64,000 nt of DNA from contig NMRA01000208.1 in the NCBI GenBank assembly GCA_002633005.1, forward strand, positions 214,867-278,866. Direction: 5' to 3'. A program made the translations under genes and the position numbers. Origin of the DNA: Phoronis australis. Its lineage: Eukaryota; Animalia; Phoronida. Below, in pieces: positions 1 through 13,900 of this stretch (position 1 is the first letter of the stretch; each line of letters begins with the position of its first letter). Under the pieces are notes generated by a model. It had not been told where the DNA came from, did no database searches, and was given only the letters and a program-made list of their open reading frames with translations.

Positions 1-377
1 ACAGACTCGAAAACACTAAAAATGGCCACTAGGTGGCGCAAACTATGTCGAATCCATCTGAAAACGGCAGGATAGCGTCATCTCACTACTAGGTGCCTAC
101 ATACCAAATTTCATGAAAATCCGTTCAGGACTTTTGAAGATACAAAGGTAAGCGTAAAAAACTAAAATTGCCACTAGGGGGCACACCGGTAGTCGGATCC
201 GTCCGAAAGTTCGCACATGCCGTCCCATTCATGAATGGAACATATGTGCCAAATTTCATGAACGTATGTCAAATGGTTTTGGAGATAGAGCAGCGGACGC
301 CGGACGCCGCCCGGACGGACGGACGGACAGAGATGACGGCATAATGCGTCCACATATAAATATGTGGGCGCATAAAA
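1..377. mobile_element. End of a Helentron/HINE-like non-autonomous element (cut by window edge)
   Basis: Highly similar to 20550-20930: core subunits, (GGAC)n microsatellite, terminal hairpin GCGTCCACATAT..ATATGTGGGCGC, then A run. Confidence 0.75.
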
Positions 378-599
378 AGTAGGAACAGTTGGAGCGGCCA
401 TTGCTTACTTAACAGTTGAATTTGAGAAATAGTAACACGCACCAACTTCTACTGGAATATGACCCAACTTTATATGATATCGCAATAATAGATCCGAAAA
501 TACACAGTATCAAAGTCTGAAGAGACTTCCACTAAATTTTAGAACCCCACACAGGACGTGGGCTTTCGACCTACATGCAATGCCCTTGCCTACCTCAAT

Positions 600-955
600 G
601 TGAGCAAGGCAGAACGTTGAAATACTCACGAATGCACCGCAAACAGCGTGCTTCTAAGGGGTGCATTTGGTATCATAAAAATGGCAATTAAATGGCACAG
701 AATTCATTGAACCCATCCAAAAATGGGAAGGCATTGCTCTCAAAAGCTACTTGCCATTTCATGAAAATCCATCTAAAATCTCCAAACATACCAACTTAAG
801 GCAAATTGCCACTAGAAACCACAGCCACAGACATAAAATATGCACTAGGAAGCACCACCGTGTAGTCGGCACCATTAAAAAATTATGGTCAGCTATCCTC
901 CTCCCAGTAAGAACTTGCACAACAAATTCCATAATTATTAGTGTTCTCCATGACC
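600..955. mobile_element. Diverged fragment of the same Helentron/HINE-like family
   Basis: Terminus-like GAGCAAGGCAGAACGTTGAAAT..CACGAATGCA and decayed GCCACTAG subunits. Confidence 0.5.
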
Positions 956-2659
956 ACTGTCGCAGCGTCCTGTTTGGCTGAACGCGCGTCCTGTTCAAAA
1001 ATCCCGCCACCAGTTTAAAAATATAGGGACTATTTTCTAAAAAAGGCATCCTCGTCATTAATAAGGTCTTCACTGGTTCAAATCACACTTGGCAGCAACT
1101 GGCCATAGCCCACTGAAACTGAATGAAGGCCAAGTGGTCAGTCATGGACAGCCTAATCACTGGTCTCACTCAAACCACAGACAGGTCTCAGTCTCACTCA
1201 AGCCACAGACCAGGCCACTAGTCTATTTATGGTGTAACAAAGCATGTAAATAATCTCTCAATTATCTATTTAATTAATCTCCAACAACTAGGTATAGTCA
1301 ATTGAATTTAAACAAAGGCCCAGTGGTACCTATACACCTAATCCACTACCTACTCACTGGAGGTGCAGTCCAGCATGAAAGTCGCTAATCCTTAGGCCTA
1401 TGCTAGGCCTATTCCCTTTTTAAGTCACCTTGTTGAGTTCCACAGACAAATGATCATACTACCAATTGAAAATAATGAACACTTGGTGGTTACTTCTGCG
1501 AAGTATACGTTGTCAGCGAAGTATATGTTGTCGGCAAAGACACCGCTGCGCAGCAGTTTAGACTACGGTCGTCTTCTGGGAGGCCAGAATTTGGTTTTCG
1601 TAGCACATTTTTCAATATTGGGTGGGCCACATGACACAGACTTTACAGATACCAGTCTCAACAAACATTTGCACGAAACTGCTTTTGATGGTTCTCATTG
1701 GTTGTTGTTTGTGTATATCTCACTTAGATGAATATTATTGGTTACTTTTGGTGCCACAGACCATTGAGATTGACCGAATTTGTCTCGTTGCCTTATAAGG
1801 AGTTTCGTAGCGGCATGAACAATACACCTGTGGCGCATACTCCCTCTAAAAATCTGCCAATACTTTCGCTAACTCAACTTCGGTGGCCGAGATTTGGGAC
1901 AGCGGATGACGTCACTGAGTGAAGTTCAAAATATATGTCTCGCGCTGAGAAATTGTAGCCAAAATCACGTGCTCTCTTTGAAGTCACACGGTAATATCTG
2001 GCGTAATCTCACAGTGTCTTGTTTACCTCACGTGGTCCTTACTTTAGTAAATTCTATCCTGGCTTCCATTACCAATTGACATACGCATTCTACATACTTA
2101 GAAATGTTGTCTGCCGCGGGAAGGCGAAGGACCGCTAAGCTGAAGGATTATTTTAAAAACTGAAATATGTTTCAGATACTGACGTTGACTCAGATGCAAA
2201 TACGACAGATAATCCAGGACCGGATGGTGGTGATATTGTCGGGCTCGGTCAACGAATTGCAAATATCCGTGTCACGAACGGTACCAACCAAATTTTTGTC
2301 GACAACGTCATATATCAGCAATACAAATGAAAAAAAGTTGAATAAACAGTCATTTCGTTGCACTACTGTGCTTTACAATTAAAATGCGTAAGTAAAAATA
2401 AGGTGCTCACTAGCTTATGGAGAAGGATGACCGCTGCGCGGTTCCGGCACGTTGCAGTTTTACGCGTGCGACCTGTTTAGATTTTCAGATGTGGAGAACA
2501 CTGATTATCCTAAAAAAAGACTAAACGTAATAAAAACAGCTACTATGTGGCGCGCTTTATGTCCAATCCGACTGAAAACAGATTGAGGAAATTATAACGA
2601 ATGACATCAAAACAAAGACTGTTTTCGGGAAAACAAATGCATATACAGAACTGAGGGCT

Positions 2660-3325
2660 GTTCGTTAGCTTCATATAAATACACTTCCTAAATTTAATTA
2701 AGAACGTGCAGATACAGCTATGGGCAAAATACAAAATTAAACTAAACTACCACTAGCAGACGCCACAGTAGTCTAAGTCGTCATTGTTAACCGTCCTCTT
2801 CACACTGAGAATGCAAACGCCAATTTTCAAAACCATCCTTAGAATGGTTTGGTTGACAAGAGGGTAGACACTAAAAAAGACTCAAAAACAGCAACAATTG
2901 CCACTAGGTGGCACAAAATATCTCAAATCCATCCGAAAACGGGAGGACAGCGACATCTCATGAATAGATGCTAATGTGCCAAATTCCATGAAAATCCGTT
3001 GTGGACCTTTGAAGATAGAGGTAAACAAAACAAGAGCAACGCAGAGCGTTGAAATGCACCCACTGCCACTACGAGGCGCCACAGTAGTCGAAATCATCGG
3101 AAAATCATCGTCAACCGTCCTCTACATAGTAAGCATATACATGCCAATTTTCACAATCATCCTTTGAGCGGTTTGGTTGATAGAGGGGTGGACGCACAAA
3201 AACAGACTCGAAAACACTAAAAATGGCCACTAGGTGATGCAAACTATGTCGAATCCATCTGAAAACTATGTGCCTACATACCAAATTTCATGAAAATCCC
3301 TTCAGGACTTGTGAAGATACAAAGG
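2660..3325. mobile_element. Fragment of the same Helentron/HINE-like family
   Basis: Subunits matching 19230-20650; internal terminus with CAACGC-AGA-GCGTTG hairpin near 3037. Confidence 0.65.
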
Positions 3326-3453
3326 GTTTCTTTTTTGTAGCAAAATGTATCAACGTTAAATCTTCACAAATTACAAAGTAGCCGATTGAACATGCCTTTT
3401 AGTTCAGCAAAATGAGATGTCCAAAGGGAATTGTGAGCACATTTATCACTTAA

Positions 3454-4551
3454 CTCTTTCAACTCCAAGTAACTGTCGGCCATTGTGTCCCTGAACCCCA
3501 AGTAACTTAGCACACATGGGTTGAACTGAGGTGCTTGTTTTCAAAATTCCATAAACAATCCATTTATAATTGAATTTCAAAGTGTAATACACCAAAATGT
3601 AGAGAACAGAATGAACTTTATCTACAAATTCACCAAAATTAAAAAATCCCACTCTCACGTGATGCAGGTAACACCTGAAATGCCGGTGTTTGTTTGCCAA
3701 TTTGCCAATTCAATGTATCGTTTAAAGAATAAAAATGATTTATGAGTAACAGTGTCGTCAATATTCTTCAGTAAAATTTCTTAAGATACATTTTCGATCA
3801 TATTTCACATCTTCTATTTACATTTGAAGTTCATAAAGTGACTTAAATTTGGCGATCGTTAAGTTCAACGATTCAAATTTGTCCACTTCCGGTTGTGACT
3901 CACGCTTCGTTTGGGCGTTCAAATTAATTACCCTGACAATTTCACCGAATATTTCATCAACATAGAAATTTTTAAAGTACTCAACTTGCTTATCAGAACC
4001 ATCGTACACTCTAGAAGACTCCACATGTTTAGAAAATTTTCGAGGTTGTTGGAGTTAAACGGCGTTTGTTTGACCCAATTGCAAAATTCGCGACCTGTAA
4101 AGTTTTCCTCCGGTTCAAAGCCATGTAATTCAACTTCTTTGTCGTAATAGTCAACAAAATCTGGCCAGATATATAAGAATTCCTTTTTGGGTTATCTTGT
4201 ATATTAATTAAGTAAAAAATATACAAATTATTGCCAATTTCGTCATTTGAAAAGTCTACGTCTGAATCGCCGTCAGCCGACATTTTGTTTTCGCGAGTCA
4301 TCGATCTAAATTCTTGGAAAACCCCTTCAATAACTCACGTTACCTCTCAGCAACGAATCAGAAAAGCTGTTAGAAATGAAGGTAAGGCTATATTTAAATT
4401 TGTGACGTACACAAAAGAATTCCCCTAATCAACCAATCAAATATTCTGTTGCTTGGAAGTTCGGCATATCGTGAGACCGATAAAGTGGTCCACGGTGTTG
4501 AATGGAGGTAAGTTTCAGAGACCGCTTAAGCGGTCTGCGGTGTTGAAAGGG
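3454..4551 (-). mobile_element. Internally deleted piggyBac element with transposase remnant
   Basis: TTAA on both sides (3450-3453, 4552-4555). TIRs CTCTTTCAACTCC / GGTGTTGAAAGGG (11/13 match). Minus-strand peptides MSADGDSDVDFSNDEI and EYFKNFYVDEIFGEIVRVINLNAQ resemble the piggyBac N-terminal F.LF..DE....IV..TN.YA motif. Confidence 0.8.
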
Positions 4552-5442
4552 TTAATGAGTAACAACTGCGAGGCTGAAATTTGGTGAACACTGTTAAATC
4601 ATGCAGAATAGTAAGTAAAGATATGTCTAACTAAATTTCACCGTAATTTTTTGGCGAAAACAATTTACACAAACTTTAAACTCGTAACTTATCCCGCTGT
4701 CTTATAATATGGCCGACGCGATCCAAACAAAGTGACCCAAATTTCGCCACAAAACTTGAAATAACATTACACTGCTTGCCCCAATTTTGATACTTTTTTC
4801 ATTTTTACTGAGTAGAATGCAATACCTTACCGATGATAGCAATTACTTTTTCAAAATGAGAAAAAAATAAAACCAAAAAAAAAATAGGTTCGACCCATAT
4901 TGGCTCCTAGGTTCGACCGGCCTACGTAAGGAACTAAACACCAATGCTATTTTAACATACTAAGTACGCGTAACATTCCAAAAAACATCAACGACCACTA
5001 ACTACAAACTACAAAATGCTCTTTTTCAAAGAGCATTTCCTCCTTTCTTAAGTTGCACGCTTTGCCAATCTATGGCATGTGTCAGACAGAGAGCAGTGAT
5101 TCAACTTAACGTCAGCAACTAGCCTTGAATGGCGGTAGTGAAGAACGGTAACACCGTGCGTGCATATAAGAACTAAATTTTGCAACCCAAAATTTGGGGA
5201 TATTTAACGCAACAGGTAAGAGCATACCCTCGGCATATTCTCAATGACCTAAGATCAATTTTGGGGCGTAAAAATGGTAGGAAAATTTTGCAACCTGGAA
5301 TTTATGAATGCAAGCTGGATTTTTAAAATGTAGAGTGATGTTTGTAGACTTAGATTTTTACCAGGTCATCAAGCAAAACCTGAGGTTGCATGGCCCTGAA
5401 CTGATTGTGTACATGGTTACGAAGTTCAGTACCTAGATTTAA

Positions 5443-5828
5443 GGCCCTTTCATATTGACTTAACTCCGGTCTGAGCGGAGCGTCGACGTAAACAGCGCAG
5501 TTAACTGGACCGTTCATACTGGCTTTCGTAGTTAATGACCATGCCGCTGTCGTCATCGAAGTTATCGCAAGGTTGCGTTGCACGCTGAGATTTTTTCAAT
5601 GTTTCAATTTGGAAAGAATTACATGCGCTAAGTAATAAAAAACTTACTTTTAAATAGATTGGTTATTATTAGAGCAAAATATAAGCAACTATTAGTGACG
5701 GCACTACCCTGTAACTGTTGACGATAACAGTGGCACCTGACGTTAACTTCGATTGGACCGAAGTTAAGCGTTCATACTGACCGCAACTCCCCAAACCATC
5801 GACGCGTCGACGTTAGTATTAAAGGCCC
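5443..5828. mobile_element. MITE, PIF/Harbinger-like
   Basis: Imperfect TIRs GGCCCTTTCATATTGAC / GTTAGTATTAAAGGCCC; left flank TAA; CpG-rich internal palindromes. Confidence 0.5.
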
Positions 5829-6721
5829 AAGGATTCTAGAGAAGTAATTTGATATTCCTTCGCTTCAATAATGAGATGCATTGTTCATGGAGCCAGACCA
5901 CAGTATTACGTAACTAAGTAACGAGATTATTTAACTTTAGTGCTTGATAATGCTGTCTTTTTTCAGTTAAATTTTACCTCAATTCATTGATGCAATAAAA
6001 TTATAAGTGGATAAAGTTGTGTGCGTTATATCACAACATATCTATTGAGTTTCTATCTATTGAGAACATGAACTGAATAGCAAACAGGTAACAGAAATGT
6101 TTACCGATATGATAAACAAAAGGTGGGGCATTAAAACCAAACTTCAACAGAATTTTGTTATTTTTACATATTGGTCTAACCAGATAGTCCTAGCAAAGCC
6201 TTAGTAAAATAAGAAAACACTAGTTCAATCATGCAAATGTAAGTTTGTCAAATGATAGGTGAAGCTGTCTTTTCCTGAGATCCCAGCACAAACAACAAAA
6301 GGCAGTTGTATTGAATTGAGGTCTGAATAGCACCATTTCCTATGGGTGATATTCCCAGCTGTTTGAATTAAAGATAATTCCTGAGGTGAGGTAGACAAAA
6401 GCAAACCAATAACTCTAAAAGTTTGTTTGGCAATTTATGGAACTAGTGAGCTCAGAGTTATGCTCTTAACATACTGTAGGAAGCAAATTTACAGGTGTTA
6501 CAGATCAAGATAAGCTTTAAGCTTTACTGCTTATGTTAAACACAAAGCAGTGCATTAAGGTGACCAAGACCTATAAAAGCAAGTAAATAACACACAAGCA
6601 AATATAATGAGAAATACACAGAACAGCTACAACTGCCAAGAATCAAAAGCAGCATTTACAGGGAAGACAGTTGTCATGGTGCACTTAATAGGGAACATGT
6701 AGAGAGAATTATGACATATAG

Positions 6722-7352
6722 TAGGGTGAGCAAACCAATATGGCGGAAATTCAGCAAGAGCGAAATTTTGCCATTTTTCATGATTTTCACAAGCTCATAT
6801 CTATTAGCATACTAAGTGGTGGAAAATGAAAAGTATGCCAGTAAAATATTTAATTTTTCTTCTTTCTAATGATATCCATTACAAATAAATTGGACATTAA
6901 TGAGTATTTTTAAAAATTGAAGTAAAGCGAGCACTTCACNNNNNNNNNNNNNNNNNNNNNNNNNNNNNNNNNNNNNNNNNNNNNNNNNNNNNNNNNNNNN
7001 NNNNNNNNNNNNNNNNNNNNNNNNNNNNNNNNNNNNNNNNNNNNNNNNNNNNNNNNNNNNNNNNNNNNNNNNNNNNNNNNNNNNNNNNNNNNNNNNNNNN
7101 NNNNNNNNNNNNNNNNNNTATGGATTCCCAAATATAGTTGTCTAAACTTGCCATTTTCTGTGACCTGAAATTTCTGGGTGCCGTTTGCTGAAAAAAAGGC
7201 CATTTTTGAGGCTCTAAAATTCAAATAACTCGAGAACCACCGAACCGATTTGAAAAATTCAAAAAGTTTTATAAACGGCATGTCAAAAGCTATCATTTAA
7301 CACTCTTTTCAAGTGTTTCTGATGAAATTTGTATTTGGGTTTGCTCACCCTA
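6722..7352. mobile_element. Non-autonomous DNA transposon (TAGGG termini) spanning an N gap
   Basis: Perfect TIR TAGGGTGAGCAAACC / GGTTTGCTCACCCTA; direct repeat CATATAG at 6715-6721 and 7353-7359. Confidence 0.8.
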
Positions 7353-7703
7353 CATATAGATGGCGCTGACTGTTCGTCCTAGACCCATGTTCCTTTTGTC
7401 TTCTAAGTCTATTATTTAATCAGTGGTAAGATTCCCTCATTTATAGTAACTTTAGTACATGTCTCTAGCCATGTTATCCTATTGTAATCATACATCATAT
7501 ATCGACGACCTATTATTTACTCCGTCTCTGATCTTACAGGTTACGACAATTCGCAGTTTACTGACATCAATAAACGGTGAAGAAACACTTGCGAGTTATC
7601 CTCTAATGTATGAGTGTGAACATAACCGACAGGGAGCAAGTTGACACCACAGCACTTTGAGAAGTAGAGCAAGCACTTGTTAAGTTGCTGGAGCGTCAAC
7701 TAC

Positions 7704-7858
7704 ACACAAACTTGGGCAGGGCAGAAGGGATCATCCCCGTTACTGTCTAAACACAAACTGGGGGCAGGACACGGGGGCAGGGCGGAAGGGATCATCCCCG
7801 TTACTGTCTAAACACAAACTGGGGGCAGGACACGGGGGCAGGGCGGAAGGAATCATCT
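7704..7858. repeat. G-rich tandem repeat, about 61-bp unit, about 2.5 copies
   Basis: ACACAAACTGGGGGCAGGACACGGGGGCAGGGCGGAAGGGATCATCCCCGTTACTGTCTAA repeated. Confidence 0.8.
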
Positions 7859-10723
7859 CTGGTATGCTTACACTAGAAAAACTGTTGTTTATGCATGCAG
7901 CATAACACTGATACGACTGGTGAGAACGTGTTGCCTGGAAACGAGTTTGCTCCAAGTTTTAAAGAAGTGGCATGGTGGAAATGTCTAAAAAGTTAATTCA
8001 GCGGCGGTCTAGAGGAGGAAAAAAATTATCTTCACTGCATACACCTGAATGGTTTTAGGCTACTGAAAAACAGTTCCAGTTCCTTAAAATTCGCTAGAAA
8101 AGAGTGCGGTAGGGTTTGGCGCCAAAAAAGTTTCCCAAGCTCTACTAAAGTCTTGTAGAACGTGCCAAATATTGTATCGAATGAGCGTGTTCATAATTAT
8201 CGCGAAAAGCGTTAAAAAAGAAAACACAGTCCAAACGACTTGCCAGGAATAGGTATTCGGATAGAACAACAAACACTTCGACGCCAGCTACATACATCAC
8301 CACGTGTACGTTGCCACAGCCTCAGGCCGTCAGGGGCTATCACATTCACTTGGCCATACTGAAAAAAATTTCCTACTTAAATCTTAGCATACAAAGGCGC
8401 AACACGGTATGCAATCTCATGGAGCACTTTCACCAAACATAAAGAGCAACTGCACTTACCTTTCTGTGAAATTGCCAAGACCATCCACTCATCTAACGTG
8501 ACACTCCGCCATGCTTTGCAAACCATGTGCTGCTGCATCACTGAAACACTGTCACTTTCACACAGACCAAGTTGATACAATTTATGTTGACATATGTAAA
8601 TTAGACTACAGTCTGCAACTGAATTGGTTCGATTCTTGGGGGAGGGGTGACATCACGAATATCTTATGCTAATCAATCACGTGAGATAGCATGGTCACAG
8701 CACGACTGCAACCCTGTACAAGAAGATGTAACGATGCAAAATCTAAAATCCGTCTGTCCAGGAAGAATAGCACATTGCATTGCATTCCACTGAGCGACTG
8801 AAAACAACTTTCAACACACTTTTCATCGTTTATTCCAAGGGGTAAATGTCCAAATTCGGCTAACTTCGGATTGTCATATTCAGAAATGACTGGTTGGATT
8901 TTTATGAGACTTGCAGATACTTTATGCTTGAACCACTGTTCTCCAGCACGCTATAAACAATTGTTTTTAAAATGTTCCACTTTTTCATGAGAGATTATCA
9001 AAAAGTAGGACACTGTATGATGCTAATGGAAAAGATATAATTTCACTGAGTTAAAATCAAAACCTTTGTAGATATTCGGCTGAATGTACATACTTCTTGA
9101 TAAGGCCCTACAGAACTAAAAAGGTGAAGCCTTCAATCAGCAATGCTGTTTTATTGTGGCATTGTTGTCTTTTGATTGTACCCATGTACATCTGCCAGTC
9201 CAGTAGAGTGTGGTGGCAAAGGTACCATTAAAATGATGTTTATTCTCGACAGAAGTAAAGAAGTAAAAAAATGCAGAAATAAACGATATCCAGTGGATTA
9301 CAACATCACTGACAGTTTAGGACGCAAAAATACAATTGAGGCCCTGAAAGAAGGCTGGTGAGTCTAAATTCGGGGGGCAAGTGGGCCAATATTAGGGAGC
9401 CTGTTTACGGAAATTCCTGGTATGAAGAATATTTTAATTCAACCACTTTGTCAATAAAAATAAAATGCTCAGAATATTTATAGTTTGTTACAACTCTGAT
9501 TTATACAGCTGACAGGAACAGTAGCAATGGAGTTAGTTTTGGAAAAAAAGAAAGTAAGTTGGATTTGACAATTTTTGTTTAGAACAGCGAGGATTTCCTA
9601 ATAATTGATGTAAACATTACTTTGAAGCACGGAAGTATGTTAGTGTTGGCATGTTTTATTCAAAACCAACAGGGCTAATGGATTTTAGTAAAAAAAATTA
9701 TTTCTGTTATGGGGGCCTGGGATACTAAAAAAGTGCATGTTTTGCGCATTTCTAGTAAAAAATGTTGAAAATTGCAAACAGTCCCGCGAGCTCTCTTACT
9801 ACAGACAATACATAATAAAACCCTGCATAATTACAACACAGCACATAATTACAACACAGCACATAATTACATAACAGCAATATTAATTACACCAGTCTGA
9901 GAATAGAAAGCTACTACCTGTGGTCTGTACACACTCTGCAGAAATGACCAGGAGACTGAAGAACACTGAAAACGCGTCGATGCAAAAATCCTCGCAAACA
10001 ACGAATTGTCCAAAAGGTCGCGGAAGAGTTATACCATATGGCAAAAGTTGATGGTTAAGGTAACAGAGAAAGGCCACTGAGTACTGATTGGATATGTGTG
10101 TATACATTCGTATGTATACACATATACACATATGTATATATGAAATCACGAAATCCATACAGACAACAACAAGGGTCTGAACCGTATCAGAAATCGTCTC
10201 CCCTGATGGACACATTTATTCTGTTACTCACACTGGATAGGAAGTCAAAGGCAACGTTTTCCACAACATTCTCGCATCATCCAAACAGAAAATCCCACAA
10301 AATCCTTAAATACGATTAAAGAACATAACATTCACTGATAAGGCAAAAAAGCAAATAATGTGGCATCTATACTTTCCTACAACTTATTTTGAAACCTGCT
10401 TCACAAACTAAGAAAATACAAAAACATGTTCGCCTTCATCAACCTCAGTCATGGCCTGTATGTAAGGTTTGAAATGCCATTACTTGCCAAGGTGCCAGAC
10501 ACCATTTTGGTCATCTTAAGTGAATTTTCTTTATTGGAAAAGTGAGCGACTAAAAAATTTGCTACTACCGACTCATTTTTCAAAAAACAGAGACCAGAAC
10601 CAACTATACTCTTTTTTCCTAAAATAGAATGCATTAATAATGATAGTCTTCACCCAAACTTGCATTAGCATTACCGCACATTTCACACGACACAACCACA
10701 CAGAACCAGAGCACACAACTCAC

Positions 10724-10901
10724 CAACTTTGGCTTCGGCTGGTCCTCACTGTCTCCATGACCAAGACGGCCATAACGACCTTTGCCCCAGGTGAACAGCT
10801 CTCCACTAGTCGTAATACAGGCGCTATGTGCACCACCGGCAGCTATGTCGCTAACTTCCTTTCCACGGAGTGATTCAATAATCCGAGGCCGATCACAAGG
10901 A
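10724..10901 (-). CDS. HERC2: HERC2 exon, RLD3 (last exon found in window)
   Basis: [13 protein letters not shown]...AAGGAHSAC...[23 protein letters not shown]; GTGAGT donor. Confidence 0.95.
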
Positions 10902-13900
10902 CTGGAGAGAAAAAAAAATGATTTGGGCAACTGAACGAAGGACTGTTCAAAAAAACATTCGACGACAAGAGTATTTCTGCGAGGTGGAAGGAATTAAATT
11001 AAAGACATCAACACCCTCCTAATGAGTCCCTCCATGTGCAAAAGGTAATCATAGTAACACAATGATTTAATAAATGTGAGGCATAATTTGCTGAAAAGCA
11101 TTTGGCGTATGGAGGGCCTACGGTATGACTACCGTCTCTGTTGCAGCCAGTTGAGATGGTGGTAGTGTCTACAATAACCCATAAGTTTTCGTGGACACTT
11201 GAGTCAGCCATTGTACTAACCTCCTATTGCCATGACCCAACTTGCCATCCTCGGCCTCACCCCAGGAGTACACCTCACCATCAGCAGACAGAGCCAGGCA
11301 GTGCTTCCCTCCAGAGTTCACTGCAACTTTCTTGATAAACACATGCTGTATGGACTCCAACAGAGTAGGTGATGACACAGAGTCAGTGCCACCAATACCT
11401 AGCCGACCACCTGCTCCATAGCCAGTTGCATACACCTATGGAACACAAACCACATTTGGTTAACTTTCTAAGGATGCCCTTTGATGTACAAATGTTGTTG
11501 ACAAGCACAGCCAACCACTAGAGTGCTGGTGGCACAACAACTGTTATCTTCTTGAAGGGCAGTGAGGCATGCATGGACCAGTATAAACAGTGGTCACTGA
11601 TTGACACAGGAAGACATGAATGAGCCTCCTAATTGGATAGGCCCCCAAATTGGACAAAATAAACCAACCATACATATACCCTGTTAATAAATGATGGACA
11701 GTTCAGAATGAAGGGTCTGGACAATGTCTCTCATAGTGTAGCCACACCTTCCTGACAAGTACTCAATTTGCACTGAGGGGTGTCAATCTTGCATTAGTTG
11801 TCAAACAGGGGTCAAATTACTTGTTCAAAACCCAACAGGAAATAAAGTTATTTACTTTAGCGTATGCAAAACTGCAAAAATGTATCCGCACACATTGCAT
11901 AACTTTTTCCACCACTGCAAGAGATTCATCAGGTTGAAAAACTACACAGTGGAAATTTTCAGTGAGGCCAGGGATGGTACAACCGTGGCGGGTCGTCTGA
12001 GCGAGATGTGCACAATAGAAAATGAGAGAAAAGGAGATTGATTGGATTCTTTGCATTCTTTCAATAAGTAAGCATCCACAGCAAGTATCAACACACCTGG
12101 TGAGGAATCCTTGATCAGAGCATAGAACTACAGGTGGAATGTCAACTTTGATCACGTGTGGCTGAGTTTGCGCCGCGCACGCGTGAGGAGTTGCTTGCAT
12201 TCCAGTGCTGTTCATTGCCATGGAATAGAGCTTAGGGTGAAATTTTAGAAGACTTCTTCCAAACAAATTTCATTTATATTTTTGGAATATTTTGTTCTCT
12301 AATGGCCCCCAACTTTGTCAAACGGACGATCACTTGCTTGCAGCAATGTAAGGAGGCTCATAAAAACATCAAGATGAAATAGAATTTTCAAACGATGTGA
12401 TAAACTAATTTAAATTATTCCAAATACCTCAGCAAAATTTGCTGATAACCTAAGGGGCTTCTTATAGATAATTATGGACAAACACGTATTGAGTAGCTTA
12501 GAAATGTACAGTGGATAGCTTATTACATAGGCCGCAGTTTAGGACCTTACGTACTAATTGATCAATAAAATCAATCCTCCACAAAGTATAAATTAGTGAA
12601 ACTGGTAGATGTGGCGTGTGTCCCCTTAAACCAGAGACTCGGGATTGCAACACATTTTTATGATTGTTATGTTGCTAAAGAAAGTGGACTATGGTAAATA
12701 ACAATATTAATAACAAACAGAATATGTTATATGCCTAGTTGTCAACATATAACAAGACACCTTCCTGGATTGCATGAAAAGTGGGACATAAAGATAGGTA
12801 TAGAAAGTGGTACGTCTGGTCTGTGCCATAATGCCAGGTTGAAATGTTCATCACAACACCCACCAATGTACCTGACAGTATTTTTTCTAAAAAATGGAGC
12901 ACCCAAAACTGCCAGACAACTATTTGGGGGAAATTGCAGGTGGGTCACAGCTGGTTAGAATGCCCAGAACAGCCACATTTAGTTCAGTGAGGTATTACAT
13001 AATCACTGGCCACAGTTACTAAACTAACACTTGCTTTGCAGCTTGGGTTTTAAGACTTGAGTTTACTTGATTTTAACCTTCCCTAGAAATGGCTGTAAAG
13101 TACTTAAAAGGTGATGATATACCATTTCATACAACAACTAAATTACCCAAGAATGAGTAGGAGTCATCTCATAGCATAACTCTCAGTAAATCAGTTCCTG
13201 AAGAGAGTTCATGGAAGATGGTCAATCTGGAGGTTCAGTAAGTGAAGGTTAATTAGACAATTAATAAAATACTTTTGGAAGTTTTCCTTGAAAAACGACT
13301 TATGTGTATCAAATAGCCAAAGTGATGATGTCTTTTTATTAAGTTTGACAAAATTTTCTGAAATTTAAACCTGTTGGATTGTTAGTTTAGCTTGTTTACT
13401 GTTATAAGACCAGCCAACATTTAATAATGTATTCCCAGTCAGACAGTGCAGTCTCCAAGTATTTCTAAAGTCCCTTTGTTAGTATTTCAGGTAATTGTGT
13501 TTACTTATTATCAGATTAGATCATCTCATTAACACACACCCATGAAGTAATTTGCTTATCAACACTTTATTACATGCACCTGGGCCATTGTTGTGAATTC
13601 CTCTATTGTATACTCTGATTTGTTAACAACATTCTTTATGCTGCACTGTGATTGGCTGATTGGTTTGTTTACTGTTTTGTTATGATATCTGTATCACTGT
13701 AATTTCATGTAGTTGCAAATAAAACATTGTCAATTGAGGTTGTCATTTAGGGAACAACCTCAAAGCCATCAGTGCTCTACCCCACAGTGCCAAATGGTGT
13801 ATGAGTGATATCCAAACATGCATTTTATTAGTATCACATGCAGTAACATGAGATTATTTGCTATTTGAATGTTCAGATGGTAAATAAAAGCTAAGTGACT

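Noticed and set aside
11817-12266. 149-aa ORF
   Set aside because: Non-ATG start, no recognisable motif, and it lies in probable repeat-derived intron sequence.
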